This document shows, piece after piece, positions 12,531 through 27,355 of a DNA stretch of 64,000 nucleotides. The DNA lies in assembly GCF_009914755.1 (NCBI RefSeq), contig NC_060926.1; one strand, given 5' to 3'. The stretch's first letter is position 1. Each line of letters begins with the position of its first letter. This stretch comes from the human T2T-CHM13v2.0 reference genome, Homo sapiens. The translations under genes were made by a program, and so were the position numbers. The notes under the pieces were generated by a model, which was given only the letters and a program-made list of their open reading frames with translations, searched no databases and had not been told where the DNA came from.

Positions 12531-14196
12531 AAGAGAAGAAAAAGAACACACACAGAAGAAGTAGCACACTTGAAAGAAATGGAAAGTGGTTCAAAGTAGC
12601 TGCAGGGTAGAATGTGTGTAGTGATGTTTAAGGCCAATAAAAAGAGAAAAGTAGGTTGTGAGAAAAACGTCAAACTAAGAAACTTTTACTTCATTCAAGA
12701 GAATATAAGAAATCATCACAAGTAATGAGGCAAGAAAATTATATAATCAGATTTGTGCAAAGATGATTCTAAGAGCAGTGTACATTGTAGTTTGGAAGAT
12801 ACAAGGCTGAAACATCAAAATGAGCCACATTACTGAAATTTCTCAGAAAGACACCAGGGCCTTAGGCTGTCTGTTTCCTTTCAGGCTATGTGTATCTATT
12901 CCACTTCCATATCCCTCACCTTTGCCTATTTCTCTTTCCACTTCTCCTTAAGACTTATTTTCTTCTCTAAAGCCAATAATAGAAGTGAAGATTTTGTGTG
13001 TGTGTGCATATGTGTGTGTGTGTTACTGTGGGCATATGCATAACATGCATATTTTTCTGAAAATGAATACATAACTATGCACTCTACTTAATTTAAAAGG
13101 TGTGTATATATGAAAATTCTATTATCTTATGGAAAAAATAATTCTATTTTACAATGTGGATAATTGTTTTTTATGGGCCAGTGGTCTCTGACATAAAATA
13201 TATTGTCTAAAATGTTATCTAAGCCCTAAATTGGAGTTTGAGGTAAAAAAAAATAGAAATAAATATATAACATTATTAATCTGAAAACATCCCTGATGCT
13301 ATAAGTCAACCCTAATATCCTTAGTGAGACCTAAAATGAGAGCTAATGCCCAGCGTTGTGCTTGGTCTCTCATGTAAAATCCAGACTAAAGGATCCAGCC
13401 ATTTGAATCCGATCAGCCGTGGGTGGGACCTCTCCCTGATGCTATTTATCTCTGTGTGTATGATGCCCCAAGTCCTTCACTTAGAAATTCTTTCATTAAC
13501 TGTTCATTTTGGCTCTCTCTGCTGCTGACATGATCATTTTTCTTCCCTGTGTTGCTGCTATTTTATTTTCTAGTCTCTCTCTCTCCTTTCTAGAATGCCT
13601 CTAAGTTTCACATTTCTACAGCTCACTAATTTTCTGTTGTCAATCAGATCTTCTGCCTTCCATGGATATGGGTCTGTGCACCAATTCCCTCTGCCTCCAT
13701 TTATCATGTTTTTGTTTTTCTTCATTTCTTTTATTAAAAAAAAAAGCTGCCTTCTCAGTTATTTTCCTGCTTTTAGTAATCAGCGAAGCAAAGCAGACAG
13801 GTAAACTGAACAATGATGAGAGGCCAAAATCTAATGTGATTATTTCAAGAAATTATTTAAATTCTGGATTAAGTCAAGGTATCTTTCATTCAGCAAATAA
13901 GTTAGAAGCTCCTATTATGTGAAAAGCTGTGTACTTTTATAAGACAATGTCTTAAATCCGTGTTAAAGATAAATCATGACTTAGCCAATGTGAATATCTG
14001 AACTTGCTGTGAACTCCTGTATATAAGGAGGCCGTGAAGATATAAAGGCAACCGAAATACAGGTAGCTCATGACTTCCTAGGTGCTACTGGTAAACAGGG
14101 GGTCAAGATGTGAAGCATTTAAATCAGGGATTCCCTGCATGAGGCAAAGTCCATCTCTCCGAGGAAGTTACAATAGCCTGTCTGTGATCAAATGTA

Positions 14197-14370
14197 TCCA
14201 GTGGAGAATGGTAGTAAAGAGCTAGGGTCCAAGCATCAAACTCACCTGGACTTAATTTTGGCTCTACCATTTTATACCTGTGCTTAAGTTTCTTACTGAA
14301 ATAGCACCCACAGAGCACTTCTCCCAAGCAGGGCACATCATATGCACTCAGTAAATATGAGCTACTATTA
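14197..14370 (+). mobile_element. MIR
   Basis: ggctctaccat...gggcacatcatatgcactcagtaaatatgagctactatta MIR 3' end. Confidence 0.55.
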
Positions 14371-15051
14371 TGCACTTAAGAAATGATATGCCCATTGAAG
14401 TCGCCAAAGAAACATATGAAAATGTATTTTATGTGTGTCCATAGTTATAAGACCAAATTCAATTCAGAACAAATCAGGTATAAAGATACCTAGTAAGAAT
14501 TAGGTTATAGAAAAATGGGCCATCCAAAAAGCTGAAAAACAGGATGCAGAAATTATCCAGGCACTCCTAGTTTCCATCTCTTTTTACTTGTTCCAGATGA
14601 GGACACAGTCCTATTTATTTGATGCAGAAAACTGGAGAGACCAATGTTTGTTAATATGTCTTCAAATTAAACATCATAGAATTACTATGTTCTTTTGGGA
14701 TGCCTTTGCAAGCCCCAAGTATAAAAAGAACAAGGAAGAGCTGCCTATCTAAATCTAGAGAGACTTTTTAGTTGATGTCCCCAGATGTTTTGAATTCCTT
14801 TTGGAATCAAGGGGCAAGCAAAAGGCATTTTGAGATAATCCAGATCCACTCCTGCTCTTAACTAAACCACTGAGAGTCCTCAATGTTCATGATTGTAGAA
14901 CTAAAGCAAAGTCCACTAAAGCAATTTAAATTGGGATCAGGAGGGAATCAGCAAATTGCAGGAAGAAACCATGTGGTAAAAACATTCAAGTGGAGACTCA
15001 GTGGCACAGAGCAAGAAAACTTTGGGTAGTTGCTCCTGAAGGGAGACATAC

Positions 15052-15411
15052 TGCTATGGTTTGAATGTGTTCTGTCCAAAATTCAGATGTTGCCAATTGA
15101 TGGTATTAAGAAGTGGGGCCTCTAAGGGGTCACTAGGTCATGAAGTCTCCTCCCTCGTCAATGTGATTCAGGCCTCCATAAAAAAGGTTTCCCACAAAAA
15201 CTTTCAGGTCACTCCCCCTTCCACCTTCCTCCACTTGAGGAAACAGCCTTCCTTCCCTCTGGAGGATGCAGCCCTCACTGGACAACCAAACCTGCCAGTG
15301 CCTTGATCTTTGACTTCTCGGCCTCCAGAAATGTGAGAAAATAAATTTCTGTTCCTGATAAATTACCCAGTCTCAGGTATTCTGTTACAGCAGTACAAAT
15401 GGACTGAGACA
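15052..15411 (+). mobile_element. MST solo LTR (MSTC-like, MaLR)
   Basis: tgctatggtttgaatgtg...aataaatttctgttcc...aaatggactgagaca; TG...CA ends; 5-bp TSD catac/catag. Confidence 0.85.
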
Positions 15412-17094
15412 CATAGCAAAGGGCTACATCTCTGTTCTTTACCAGCGGACCGTTTGAAATTAGGGCAATCCAAATTCCTATCCCCTGGCTTTTCTTACCC
15501 TAGTTCGCTTAGGCAAAGGAAATAGTTGAGGATCTTGAAAGGAGTTGAAAAATGCAAGGGAATTGGGAGAAGCACTGAAAACCCCCTCAAGGCCCCTTTA
15601 GACTGTTAGGAGGTAACTTTTCAGACAAAAAAATTGGATGGATGTAGCAATGTGGGGGCAGAGTACCGACAGGTTGCGGAGAAAGAGGCTAAGTTAAAGA
15701 GAAGAGTGGGGACAGGGGACTACAAAACAAAGAAAGTTAACTATATGACAAGGTTTTATGTCACATGGGTGGTTATAATTTAAGGACAAATCTGTTTCCA
15801 TTTATCTTTGTTTAATGAGTGGCCCAGGAGGAGACTTTCCAATATAAAATTTTTAACTATAAGTTACATTCTACCAATAAATGTGGACCCATGCTTTCCA
15901 ATGGAAGAAAATTCTGGCCTTAGTATTTTTTGATTTGTACAAACATATTGATAACCAAAATTAATGTTCAGTTATTTCAGGGTTTCCTTAAATATTTTCA
16001 TTGATATAAGTATATACACACCTTTTTTTAAATCCTGAATTTCTATTCACACATTTGTAAATACAAATTTTTTTCAATGAGTGAATAGGTATTTGGCCAA
16101 GAGTATTTGGCTGAGGGTATAACTATTCAGAACTACAAGCCTTTTTGTTTCAGGAGTGATCCATGAAATGTGAGGGGAAAAAAAAAAAAGAAAACAAAAA
16201 CAAAGAAAAAATTTAAAACAAAAAAAACTCACCAAATCAAAAAAACTAAGAAGGAATAACTACTATGTTTTGAACTGCATTTTATTTAGAGAAGAAAAAA
16301 ACAATTCCTGAGCTGAAGTTACATGAGACAAAGGGGATGGATGGCTAGGGATGTGTCAGATTTCTCTAAGAAGTCCTTTTCTCTTTCTCCTTTGGTTCAT
16401 TTTAGAGTTTTGCATAGTAAATATTTATTGTATTGGAGGAGTAAAACTATTAGGTTAATTAGTGAAATCAGAAAATTTAGCAGAGTGCTGACATTAGTGG
16501 GGAAACAAAAGAATTGAGGTGGAGAAAATGAAGGGCTCGATCCTGAGTGCTCGCGAAGAACTTCATAGGAAATACATAGGACTAGGTAAACAGGAGAGGA
16601 GAGGAGTGTGAGAACAGCTTTGTACTCAGATCTGGATTCACAAGTGGCCACAACTAGAGGCATGTCCCCACATCCTGATCTGGAAGAAGTCACAGTACCC
16701 CAAACAAACCTTCCTAATGTGAAAGAAGCAACAAGAGAGATGGGTGGATGAGAATCAAACAAGGTCCTACCAACAAGAAGGGTTTCCCCACTTTATTGTA
16801 AATAAAAGAAAGTCTAGATAGTCAGGAAGGAGAGATTTTAGGCTTAAATTTGGGATCTTTGAGAGTGTTGAATCCCTGATAAAGGACATCTGAAGAGTTC
16901 CTCCCAGGCTGATGGGAGGAAGGGCCTGGGTTTCCTGGACTTCTCGACTACAGAGACAGGAGGCCTTCTGAGAAAAGACAGTAGCAGGGCCTAGTGGTAG
17001 GGTTGCATTGCATTCCAGTGTCTTTAAAAGAGTTTAGATCATTCAGATAGTATCGGCAGTCTTTGCTGGAGACATCCCACAGGCAGTTAAAAAT

Positions 17095-18280
17095 GAATTA
17101 TTGTCAATAAGAAAAAGACAACCCATTAGGAAAAAAATGGCAAAAGATGCTAACAGCATTTCACAAAGTAGGAAACGTGAATGGCCAAAAATTTATTTGA
17201 AAAGCTACTCAAGTTCACTGGGTATCAGAGAAATTAAAGTTAGAAATACAATATAATAGTGTTTAACCTCCACAAAATTGGCAAAAATTAAAGTCTGAGG
17301 GTGCCTAATATCCCAATGTGTAGTCTTCCACATTTCCAATAGACATACAAACTGGTAAAACCACTTTAGAAAGCAATTTGAGATTTTCCAGTAAATTTGG
17401 AAGTAAATATATAAGACTCAAGAATATAACCTGTGGAAACTTTTACATCTCTTGCATCATGAGTCAAATATTAGAACATTTGTCATAGCAGTGTCTATAA
17501 TCTCAAAACAGGAAATTGCCTAAGTGTTCATTAGTAGAGCATATAAATTGCAACATGTTCAAGTATAGTCATCTGACCCATAACGACTTTTAGGTCAAAA
17601 ACAGCATGTATGACAGTGGTCCCACACATTATACCATATTTTTACTGTACCTTTTCTATATTTAAATACACAACTACTTACCACTGTGTTACAATTCCCC
17701 ACAGTATTCAGTACAGTAACATGCTATACAGGTTTGTAGCCTAGGAACAATATGTTATACCACATAGGCTAGGGGTGTAGGAGGCTACACCATCTAGGTG
17801 TGTGTAAGTATGCTCTAGAAAGATGAAATCACCTAACAGTGCATTTCTCAGAGTGTATTTCCATTGTTGAGCAATTCATGATTGTTACAGAATAACATGC
17901 AACAGTAAAATGATATAAAGCACAGGCATCAATATAATCATAATTATCATAATTTTAAAAAGCAAGTCATGGAAGATTGAGTTCAATATACCCCAGTCAT
18001 CAAAATCTTAAAATAGACAAAATTAAACACTATGGTTATAGGAAAAGCACATTTTTAAAAATTATTATAAAATAAAGGCAAGGTAACAGGTGGGCCAGAA
18101 CAGTGCTATGGTGGAAGTAGGGAATTGCGACTTGGGATAGCTCAAGGGAGAGTCAATGTCCTTGGTAACGATTTTTAGACACGAGAGTGGCTATAGAGCT
18201 GTTTAGCATTTTGATAACTTGTATATTATTTTACATACTTCTGTATTCCTGGAGTGTTTTAATAAAATATGCTTTAAAAA
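17095..18280 (+). mobile_element. L1ME 3' region, interrupted by Tigger3a
   Basis: aataagaaaaagacaacccatt...aatggcaaaagat...aaactggtaaaaccactttagaaagcaattt is L1 ORF2 end/3'UTR. Confidence 0.7.
17566..17884 (+). mobile_element. Tigger3a (Golem_A) DNA transposon relic
   Basis: agtcat...cataacgac...cagtattcagtacagtaacatgctatacaggtttgtagcctagg...gcatttctcagag...catgattg; TA at the left flank. Confidence 0.85.
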
Positions 18281-20521
18281 ATGAATTCTCATCATGGCCA
18301 CTACACAGATCCAAGGAGGAAACTGAAAGCCTGGTTGGCCTATTTATATTTTGGTACAACCTACCAACCCGCGTTACACCGTAGGGGAAGTACTCAGGGT
18401 TAAGGGAATTAATGGACCTCAAGTAGACCACTTTAGGCACACATGGCTTGGTATGATAATATATAACAGTTATATCAAAACTGGTGTATAAAGAAAGGGA
18501 AAATTTTAGATTAAGAAGCTCTCTTACTAGAGAGAGGTAAAAATAAACTTAGTAAAGAAGAAAATTGAAATAATGAACTTTTTGTGGAAGAGGGGACTCT
18601 TGTTACTACTTCAGTGCTCTAGGTTGCTCTTCTTCTGTTGTCATTTCTCTTCTATTCCCAACTTTTCCATGAAACACTGTAATGTGCAAGACTACTACAC
18701 ACAAAATTAGCCTCCACTAATGAGAATCAGGGCTCTGATTCTTGTGGAGTCATTGAGTTCGCACTGAGTGTAACAGAACTCAAGATTGTTCTGGAATAGC
18801 TTGCTGTTATTGGAAAGCAAGGATAATGTTTAAAGATGTGTGAAAATGGCTACAAGAACTAGGTTGAAAGTGCTTCTACTGGTCAAACTATGATGATTAG
18901 AGCATAAAATTAAAAACAAAGGTTTGCTGCCAATTAGAAGCACTGAAAGATCTTAATTCCATGATGTTGCTCACAGAGTTAACTAATACAAAAAGATGTT
19001 ACAAAGCAAAGCCACAACTACCAACAGAGTCGTTGTGGTGTTGGCTAAACACAGAAAACATAATCCTTTGTGAGCTGAAGATAAATGGATTTGAGGCAGC
19101 AGTGTTTGGATCAAACTGAGAGTCAAATCCACCCAGATAAATGGGTCTGAAATCAGAGTGGAAATGTGGACTGCAAAGAGATGTCAGAGAAAAAGCTGAG
19201 TTATTATCCAGAGAAAACTGGCTATTTTTTTTTCTTCCTGAATAACTGTTTAATTTTAGCTGACACTGAATTTGGATCAAACATGGGAGTCTTGAGGTTT
19301 TTAAAACCTTCTGTCAAATAAAACGCATATTCATCATGAATGGTATTATAAAACTGATTGTTTAAAGACTATGACATGGCAAGAATCGAGTTTTCTTGAT
19401 CACAAGACATGCTTTCTTTCAAAGACTGCATTATCCACAGGTATGAGCCTCTATCAGGGACAAGAGGGCCCAGGAGAACCCCTTCCTCACACTATTCCTC
19501 TATCTTCATGAAAACTTTATTCATGATAAGATATTGTATCCTTTGAAATGTATCTAACCTTCAGTATATATGTGTGTATATATCAAAGCATATGTATGTG
19601 GCTTATTCCCACTATTCCATAAACCATCCAAAACTTTGCAGAAAATACTTTCAGCCTTTCGATGGAGAACATGTACCCACTTCAGCTCTCTATGCTACAG
19701 TGCTATAATTTCTATTCTACAATTTCATCTGCAGAGGAAATTGGGGTGCAGTTGTACGGGTCTAGTAGGAATATATCTGAATCCCTCATCCATGCCTTTG
19801 CATTCACTCTTCCTTTTAACACAAAATGGGTTACCACTTTGTTCTTCCTCCACAAAGGGTGGCCGGAGAGAGTAATGTCAGAAAGCATGTTTCGTGAGCC
19901 TGAGAAATACAACGTTTCAAAACCTCTAAGCTCAGAATATGATCCATTACCCTCTCCCTCAACTTAAGAAACATGAAAAGGAGCTCTTTTGCCCCACTGG
20001 ATCTTTCTGCAAGCCAAGTCCATGTAGCATGTCTCGATACCCTTAGCATTGGTAAGCCCTAGTTTACTTATCCATAAAACTCAGTGATAGGAAAATAGGC
20101 AAATAAACACATTTTAAATGAACTTGTATTCAATATGGAAATAGATCCACAGTGAGTCTTAGTCTGCCCAAGGCACACTCATGGCTCTCATGCTGTGTGA
20201 GCTGTGTGTAATGATTTCCCCTTGGGAAAAACATTAAGATCCAAAATATTAAGTTTATTTTCTATTTTAATAAGAATATGTACTCTAACAGAATTTCAAT
20301 TTTAACTGTTTTCAACAACAAAAACAAACATATCCTCCAGAGTCCTATCCAGTAGAATTCAGGGAGCCACTACCTTTAGCTGGAGAAACTGAACTCTTCA
20401 GGTGCTGCACTGAGTATTTAAACTCAGTGAACAGTTTCCTTCTGTAACAGCCAGAAATAAATGTACTTCCTAGACTTGCCCTGGCACCCAGAGGACTAGT
20501 ACTGAATGCTATATATAGAAC

Positions 20522-21177
<656 letters not shown>

Positions 21178-21315
21178 AGACTCAAAAGCCTGAACATTTT
21201 CATGTCATTTTTTTTACATACTTTAAAAATATTTTTGGCTTTTTTTTTTTCAAAACGCTTTAGGAATGCATAAAACAAAGAAATTCTAACTAGGAGATAA
21301 GTTCAAGTGCCTGAG

Positions 21316-21823
21316 TGTGGTATGCAGAGTAATGGTTCCATGAAGAAGCCCAAGACCTACGCCCTAATATTTGTGTATGTTTACATGGCAAAAGAGACTT
21401 CACAGATGTGATTATTATCTTGAATTGTCTGGGAAAGCCCAGTGTAATCACAAGGGTCCCTTCCTTATGAGAGGAAGGCAGGAGAGTCAGAGTCCAAGGA
21501 GATGTAATGAGGAAAGTAGAGAAGAATAGGAGAGAAGACAGGGAGAGAGAGAGGAAAAGAGATTGGAAGGTGCTGTCCTATTGGCTTTGGAGATGGAGGA
21601 AGGGCCTGTAAGCCAAGGAATGCAGGCAGCTTCTAGAAGCTGGAAAAGACAGGGAATAAGATTCTCTCCTACAGTCCCAGAGCCTACAGAAGGAAACACA
21701 ATCCTGCTAACACCTTGATTTTAGGACTTCTGATCTGCAGGCAGTGTAAGACAACAAATTTGTATTGTTTTAAGTCACTATATTTGTTGAAATTTGTTAT
21801 AGCAGTGATAGAATACAAATATT
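21316..21823 (+). mobile_element. MLT1D-like solo LTR
   Basis: tgtggtatgcagagtaatgg...catggcaaaagagacttcacagatgtgatta...agccaaggaatgcaggcagcttctagaagctggaaaa...aatttgttatagcag. Confidence 0.85.
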
Positions 21824-23070
21824 ATGAATCAAATTAAAGGGTCAAAAATACCATAAACTTCTAATCGTGAACAAAAACTGCAATTCTGTTTGGGTTTGGG
21901 ATTCTAAGTGAAAACTTGATCAATTGGAACCTGACAGCCACGATTGTGCCTAACAGAAAAGACACACAGTCTGTGACTGTTATGTGTAAACTAGTTTATA
22001 ATATTATGGAAGATATAAAAGAAACACAAAATAGCCATACATATAGAGATTAAGAATAAGTACCTTTACTTTTCAGAAATGCAGACTCTGAAAAAAGATA
22101 TGATCGAAATTATTAACTCAAAAAATCTCATGACCTTGATTGGATGACCTTTTTCAGCATCTTTTATGAGTAAATATTTGACTGTTTGAAGATACAGAGA
22201 GAATAAATAGCAACATGCTTTTAAATATTTGTTTCCTTTCCCTTTCCCTTCAGCTTTGCATAAACCGAACTTATTCCACTTAGGAACTACACAAATAGTT
22301 GAAGGAGGAATGAAGGTTGTAGCAAGCATATTTTCCAAGAGAAGTATTTTTTTTCTTTTTGCATTTGAAATTAGCCACAGCTTAGCAACACCAGCTTCCG
22401 AAACATTTATACCAAGCAAAGTGCTGCATATGCTGTTGTGCTTGATGTACCGAAACAGCACCAAGCAGGGGCACCCAACAGAGTGGGAAAGGGAGAATCT
22501 CAAAACACGGCTATTTTCCTGTTGTTGCTGCTGTTCAATCGAGAGTATCATGTCTTTAGCATTAGTTCAATATTGGAGAAAGCATATGATCTTTGTGTTT
22601 AACTATGAGATGGTGCCTACAATTTCGGGGATCATTATTATTATTACTAAAGATTAGTTTCCAAAATTGAAGAATAAGGAACTCTCGCTCATCTCCTGAC
22701 TCCAGTGCAATTTCCCCTCTCAAAATGTCGAAGAGGATGCATACTGTCTCTATTTCCCGCTTGAATTTTCTGGAATGGTAAGGCAGGGAGCAGGTTTCCA
22801 AGTCAGTTTAGGTCAGAGGATAGCTTCTACTCACTCTTCTCTCCTCTAACAATATGAGGAGCACTTAATCTATTTTCTCCTTCATTTGATGCTCTTTAGT
22901 ACTAACTTCCAGATAACTCCTTTTGCTCGCTGAAGATAATGAGATTTACCAAAAATCATATGCAAAATAGCTGGGAAAACATGTGGTTTGATTTCCAAAC
23001 AGATTAAAGTGAAGCAAGGGCAGCACCCAAACATCTGTCCCAGGACACGTTCCTTCCACTAAAAGGTTAG

Positions 23071-23463
<393 letters not shown>

Positions 23464-23555
23464 TCTTGGATACCTTTTTGTACCTTTATCATGCTTTCCC
23501 CTGAGGTTCTTGAAAGGAGTTTTCAGTGTAGGAGAGAGGTTTTGGTTTGGGAGAC

Positions 23556-23581
23556 AAAAAAAAAAAAAAAAAAAAAAAAAA
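23556..23581. repeat. Poly(A)26 mononucleotide run
   Basis: Direct count. Confidence 0.95.
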
Positions 23582-24769
23582 CAGAGACTTTCGAACAAAA
23601 CATATTTGGGTCAATCGCAGTCCTGCTATTTTCTGGTTGTTATAACTTGGATATAATAGATATTCACAGAGGTTTGGATTAATCATTTGTTAAAGAAAGT
23701 AATATGGCGTAGCTTGCAGCATTGTTATAGGGTGATTGAAAAAGAAAACCCTCATTATCATCTTTTACATTCTAAAAAGATGAGCTGTTACTAAAATCCA
23801 CAGACATCTCTGTATTGTTAGAGTCTGCATTATACTTTTAGACTCCACCTTTACTGTTTAATATTTTCATAACTGCATAGATTGTCTGTGACTAAGATCA
23901 CAACAGCCTCTTCAGATACAAAGGATGCTGCTACCAAAATCTGGCCCATCAAAGTACATGCTGTTCTGGAAAGAGTGGAAGGATTCCCTTATTAGAAAAA
24001 GGAAAGAAAAAAAGCCAATTTTCTATGTAGAAAAATTGTGACCTGGTTAATTCTGAATGGCCAGGTAAACAGAACAAATCACCTGCCTGCTTAGAAAGCT
24101 GCAGGTCTGACTAGTAACATTACCTTTGGAATTCTGACTTGCCTGGCTATGTCCACATGTGCTGGTGATTGGTGACCACAGTGTGCATTTCCCTGATAAC
24201 CATGAACTCTGTTATAAAACCCTCAAATATAACTGCTTTGTTTGGCCGGCTGAACCTCTCAAGGAGTGGCTGCCCTCTGGTGGTAGCTGTATTCCTCACA
24301 CCCAAATGTTTATTGGGTTTATTTTGTTTTTTTCTTTTCACTTCTGTTCCACAGCACAAAGCCAGTGTGGCTATTTCATTTAGTTTCTCAGGCCACAGCT
24401 CCCTGTACAGACCTCTAGTGAATGGGAAACCACTGACTTTGAACTGAATGTTTTCTTCCTTGATTTCTGTTTTCTGAAGCCGTGCCAAAACTTGAAGATA
24501 TTTATCATTTCCTCTTTGCATTCTTTTTTTTCAAACCAAGGGTATGTCAGGTAAGGTAGAATCCAGGTTCCTTATCAGAAGATTTTCTAACGTCTCTTCT
24601 AAAAGGTGACAAATGGAACTGAATATTTAATCCAACTTTAATCTAGACAGGGCAAAGCAGAGTTTGGATGCTGCTTCTCAGACATCTGGGCTTGAAACAC
24701 TCATACCCACGTCTCAGGAGCTTTCCTCCACTGTCCAAATCTGTTCACTCCTGCTAATCCCTTGCACTC

Positions 24770-25380
24770 TGTACTGCCAACTGACATTTCTTACCAAAGT
24801 CCTCCAAGCACCTCAAATTATCTAATAGAAAATCAAACTAATTTCCCCAAAACCCGTTCCTCCTCATTCTGTGTTCAAGGCCTTGTATGAAGACTCCACA
24901 ATTTGCTCAATTCCTAGCCTATCAAAAGGACCTTTCCTTGGTTCTCATCATTGTCTCCATTTTCAATTGCAGGTCTCTGTCTTAGCAGGTCTGTCACCTC
25001 AGCTCCACGATGATTCCCTTCTGGCTCTATCACTACTGCCCCAATCACGTCTAATGTGTATACCTGACAGTGATAACCCCTTCCTTGAAATAAATTTCAC
25101 CATCTACAGAATAAAATCCAAACTCTTTGGCAAGTCTCTCTGGGCCCTTCCTAATGTGCAGGAGCCAATCTCCCTTCCCAGGCTGCTTGCCCACCTATGA
25201 ACCATCCCCAGTTATACCACAGCTGGTTTCCCCTCCATATATTTACCATTCAATCTGGTAAAATTTTGTCTACCCAGCTCAAAGGATTTCTTTACTCCAA
25301 AAAAATTCTAGATTTCCTCTACTACAACCAAGCTAATGAGACTCTGTTTCCTAGAACTGGGACTTCTTCCTTGTGGTCAG
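24770..25380 (+). mobile_element. L2 fragment
   Basis: gcacctcaaatt...ccccaaaacccgttcctcctc...cagaataaaatccaaactctttggc sense L2-like. Confidence 0.6.
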
Positions 25381-25529
25381 CTAAAATTTTCACCTATTAT
25401 GTTTTCACCTAAACTAGTATAAAGGCAGATCTCCCTATCCTATAGTTGCTGTAGTTGATTTTTAGCTGGGTGAGGTAGTCACCCAACAACTACCAATAGT
25501 CAATATTTGAATTTATATGGGTTTCAGTT

Positions 25530-25770
25530 TGAGTGTTACGGTTATGAAGGCAGTCTCTGAAGCCAGAAGTATATATTCAAATACCAATTATATGTTTTAC
25601 TAGACCTAAGGCATACATACACCTCTAAAACCTTTCTTATAACCTTTGAAATTGAAATAAGTGAAGAAATTACTTATCAAAACAGTTGCAAAGATTAATT
25701 GGGATAATCCAGGGTAAACATTTTGCCCAATGTCTACCATATAGTAACTACTCTACAAATGTTAGCCATA
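25530..25770 (+). mobile_element. MIR
   Basis: tctctgaagccaga...ttcaaatacc...gttgcaaagattaattgggataat...tagtaactactctacaaatgttagc. Confidence 0.6.
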
Positions 25771-26899
25771 AAACAAAAATTGTCATTCATTCACCCCGTC
25801 TACATGCATACCTACTGTGCATACAATTCCACAAGGAAAACAATATGAATAATATAATGTAAATACCTTGAAGAGAAGTAAATTTCACTGAGAATATTTG
25901 GATTCTATGACTGTTACCAATTTGGCTTGATTCACCGTAGATACTAAGTGTTGCCTACTTCCCTTCAAAAACAAACCCTTACACAATGTCCATTTCAATA
26001 AGTAAATACTGTAGAAAATTGAACCACTGCTTTATTGGAGCTAAGATCCAGAGAGTTGTATTGCAGCTTGAAAAGCAAGTAATTTGTTTGGCTGAAATCC
26101 AGTGCTGGAGAAACTAGAAAATTAATATTCCCAGGTTGACAATAAGATGCTTCATTGTTTATCTTGCATATGTAGATACTGTAATTTTTTTTTACTGCAG
26201 CAAGATATCACTTAGTGGCTCTGTGACTCATTTTCCCTACTTATAAAATATTATTATGGAATCATAACAGGAGCTACTGCAGAGAAATGTTTTGAGTATA
26301 AAATGTGTTTAATATATTTAAAGTGCTTATAACCGGTGACTGACCTACAAGAACTTTAAATAAGTATTAGATACTACTTTCATAAAAAACATGGGAATAA
26401 CAAATTGCTTTAGGGTATTCATTGCAGATAATAGACAGACATGGAGTAAACAAAGGTAAATGAATAAATAAATACATGAAAGAAAATCATAAAATCATTT
26501 CCATTTGACACTATGAGAGCATTTACTATTACAATTATATCACGGGAATGGTGGCATTAGATATGGCTGTTCAACACATGGCCAATAGCTTAAGATTTAC
26601 ACAGAGAATGTGAATATTTTGGTGTTTTAAATGTGTACGAAGAGTATTCAAATGCTAATTTGGAACAACTTTACATCTGTTTTGTCTTGAAAAACACAAA
26701 GAATAACTGTCAAGGGAAAAAATGCATTTGTTCTCCTGATCATTTAAGAAAGTCTACTAAGTGTCCAGTACTGATTAGTATAATTATAGAGGCAAAATAT
26801 GTTCAAAATATATGTTTCTATCAACAGTAGTTAATATTCTTTTCTACAATCAAATCACCTACATGGTAGAATCTAATTATATTTCCCTTTGCACCCTGG

Positions 26900-27072
26900 A
26901 AATTACTCCAATTGGCTGATCAGAAACCCCTGGGATGCATTCTAAAAATACTTGTTTCAAGGCCCCACTCAGACCTACTGTATGAGAAACTCTCAGGATG
27001 TACCCTAGGAATCAGCATGCTCAACTAGCACTGCAGGAGTTTTGGTTACCTTTCAATTCGGGAGCAGTCATT
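26900..27072. mobile_element. MER5-family relic
   Basis: atcagaaacccctggg...ggccccactcagacctactgtatgagaaactctc...cctaggaatcagcat. Confidence 0.55.
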
Positions 27073-27109
27073 TGTGTGTCCGGTAAGCTTTTGCACATCA
27101 TAAGTACTA

Positions 27110-27355
27110 GGTAGAAAGCAATTTAGAGTTCAAAATAGAAAATTCTTATTTCAACTTCTGGGTGTATTATTTGCCAAGAGGGTGACGTTAGACAAGTAAC
27201 TTAATATCTTTAAAACCATCAGTTTCCTCAACTGTAAAATGAAGTTAATTATACCTACCTTATATGGTTACTGTGAAGATGAAATGAAATCAAAATTGAA
27301 GTGCAAAATACAATGTCTGACACACAGTATATAGTTTATAAATGATAGTTATTAT
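27110..27355 (+). mobile_element. MIR
   Basis: MIR core gtgacgttagacaagtaacttaat...tcagtttcctcaactgtaaaatg...atacctacct. Confidence 0.75.

Noticed and set aside
15420-17090. Purine-rich segments that may be ancient LTR remnants
   Set aside because: I could not identify termini, a TSD or a family by eye; needs a Dfam search
19570-20049. Cluster of ~70-100-aa ORFs in unique sequence
   Set aside because: No recognisable homology and no convincing acceptor/donor pairing; lengths are compatible with chance
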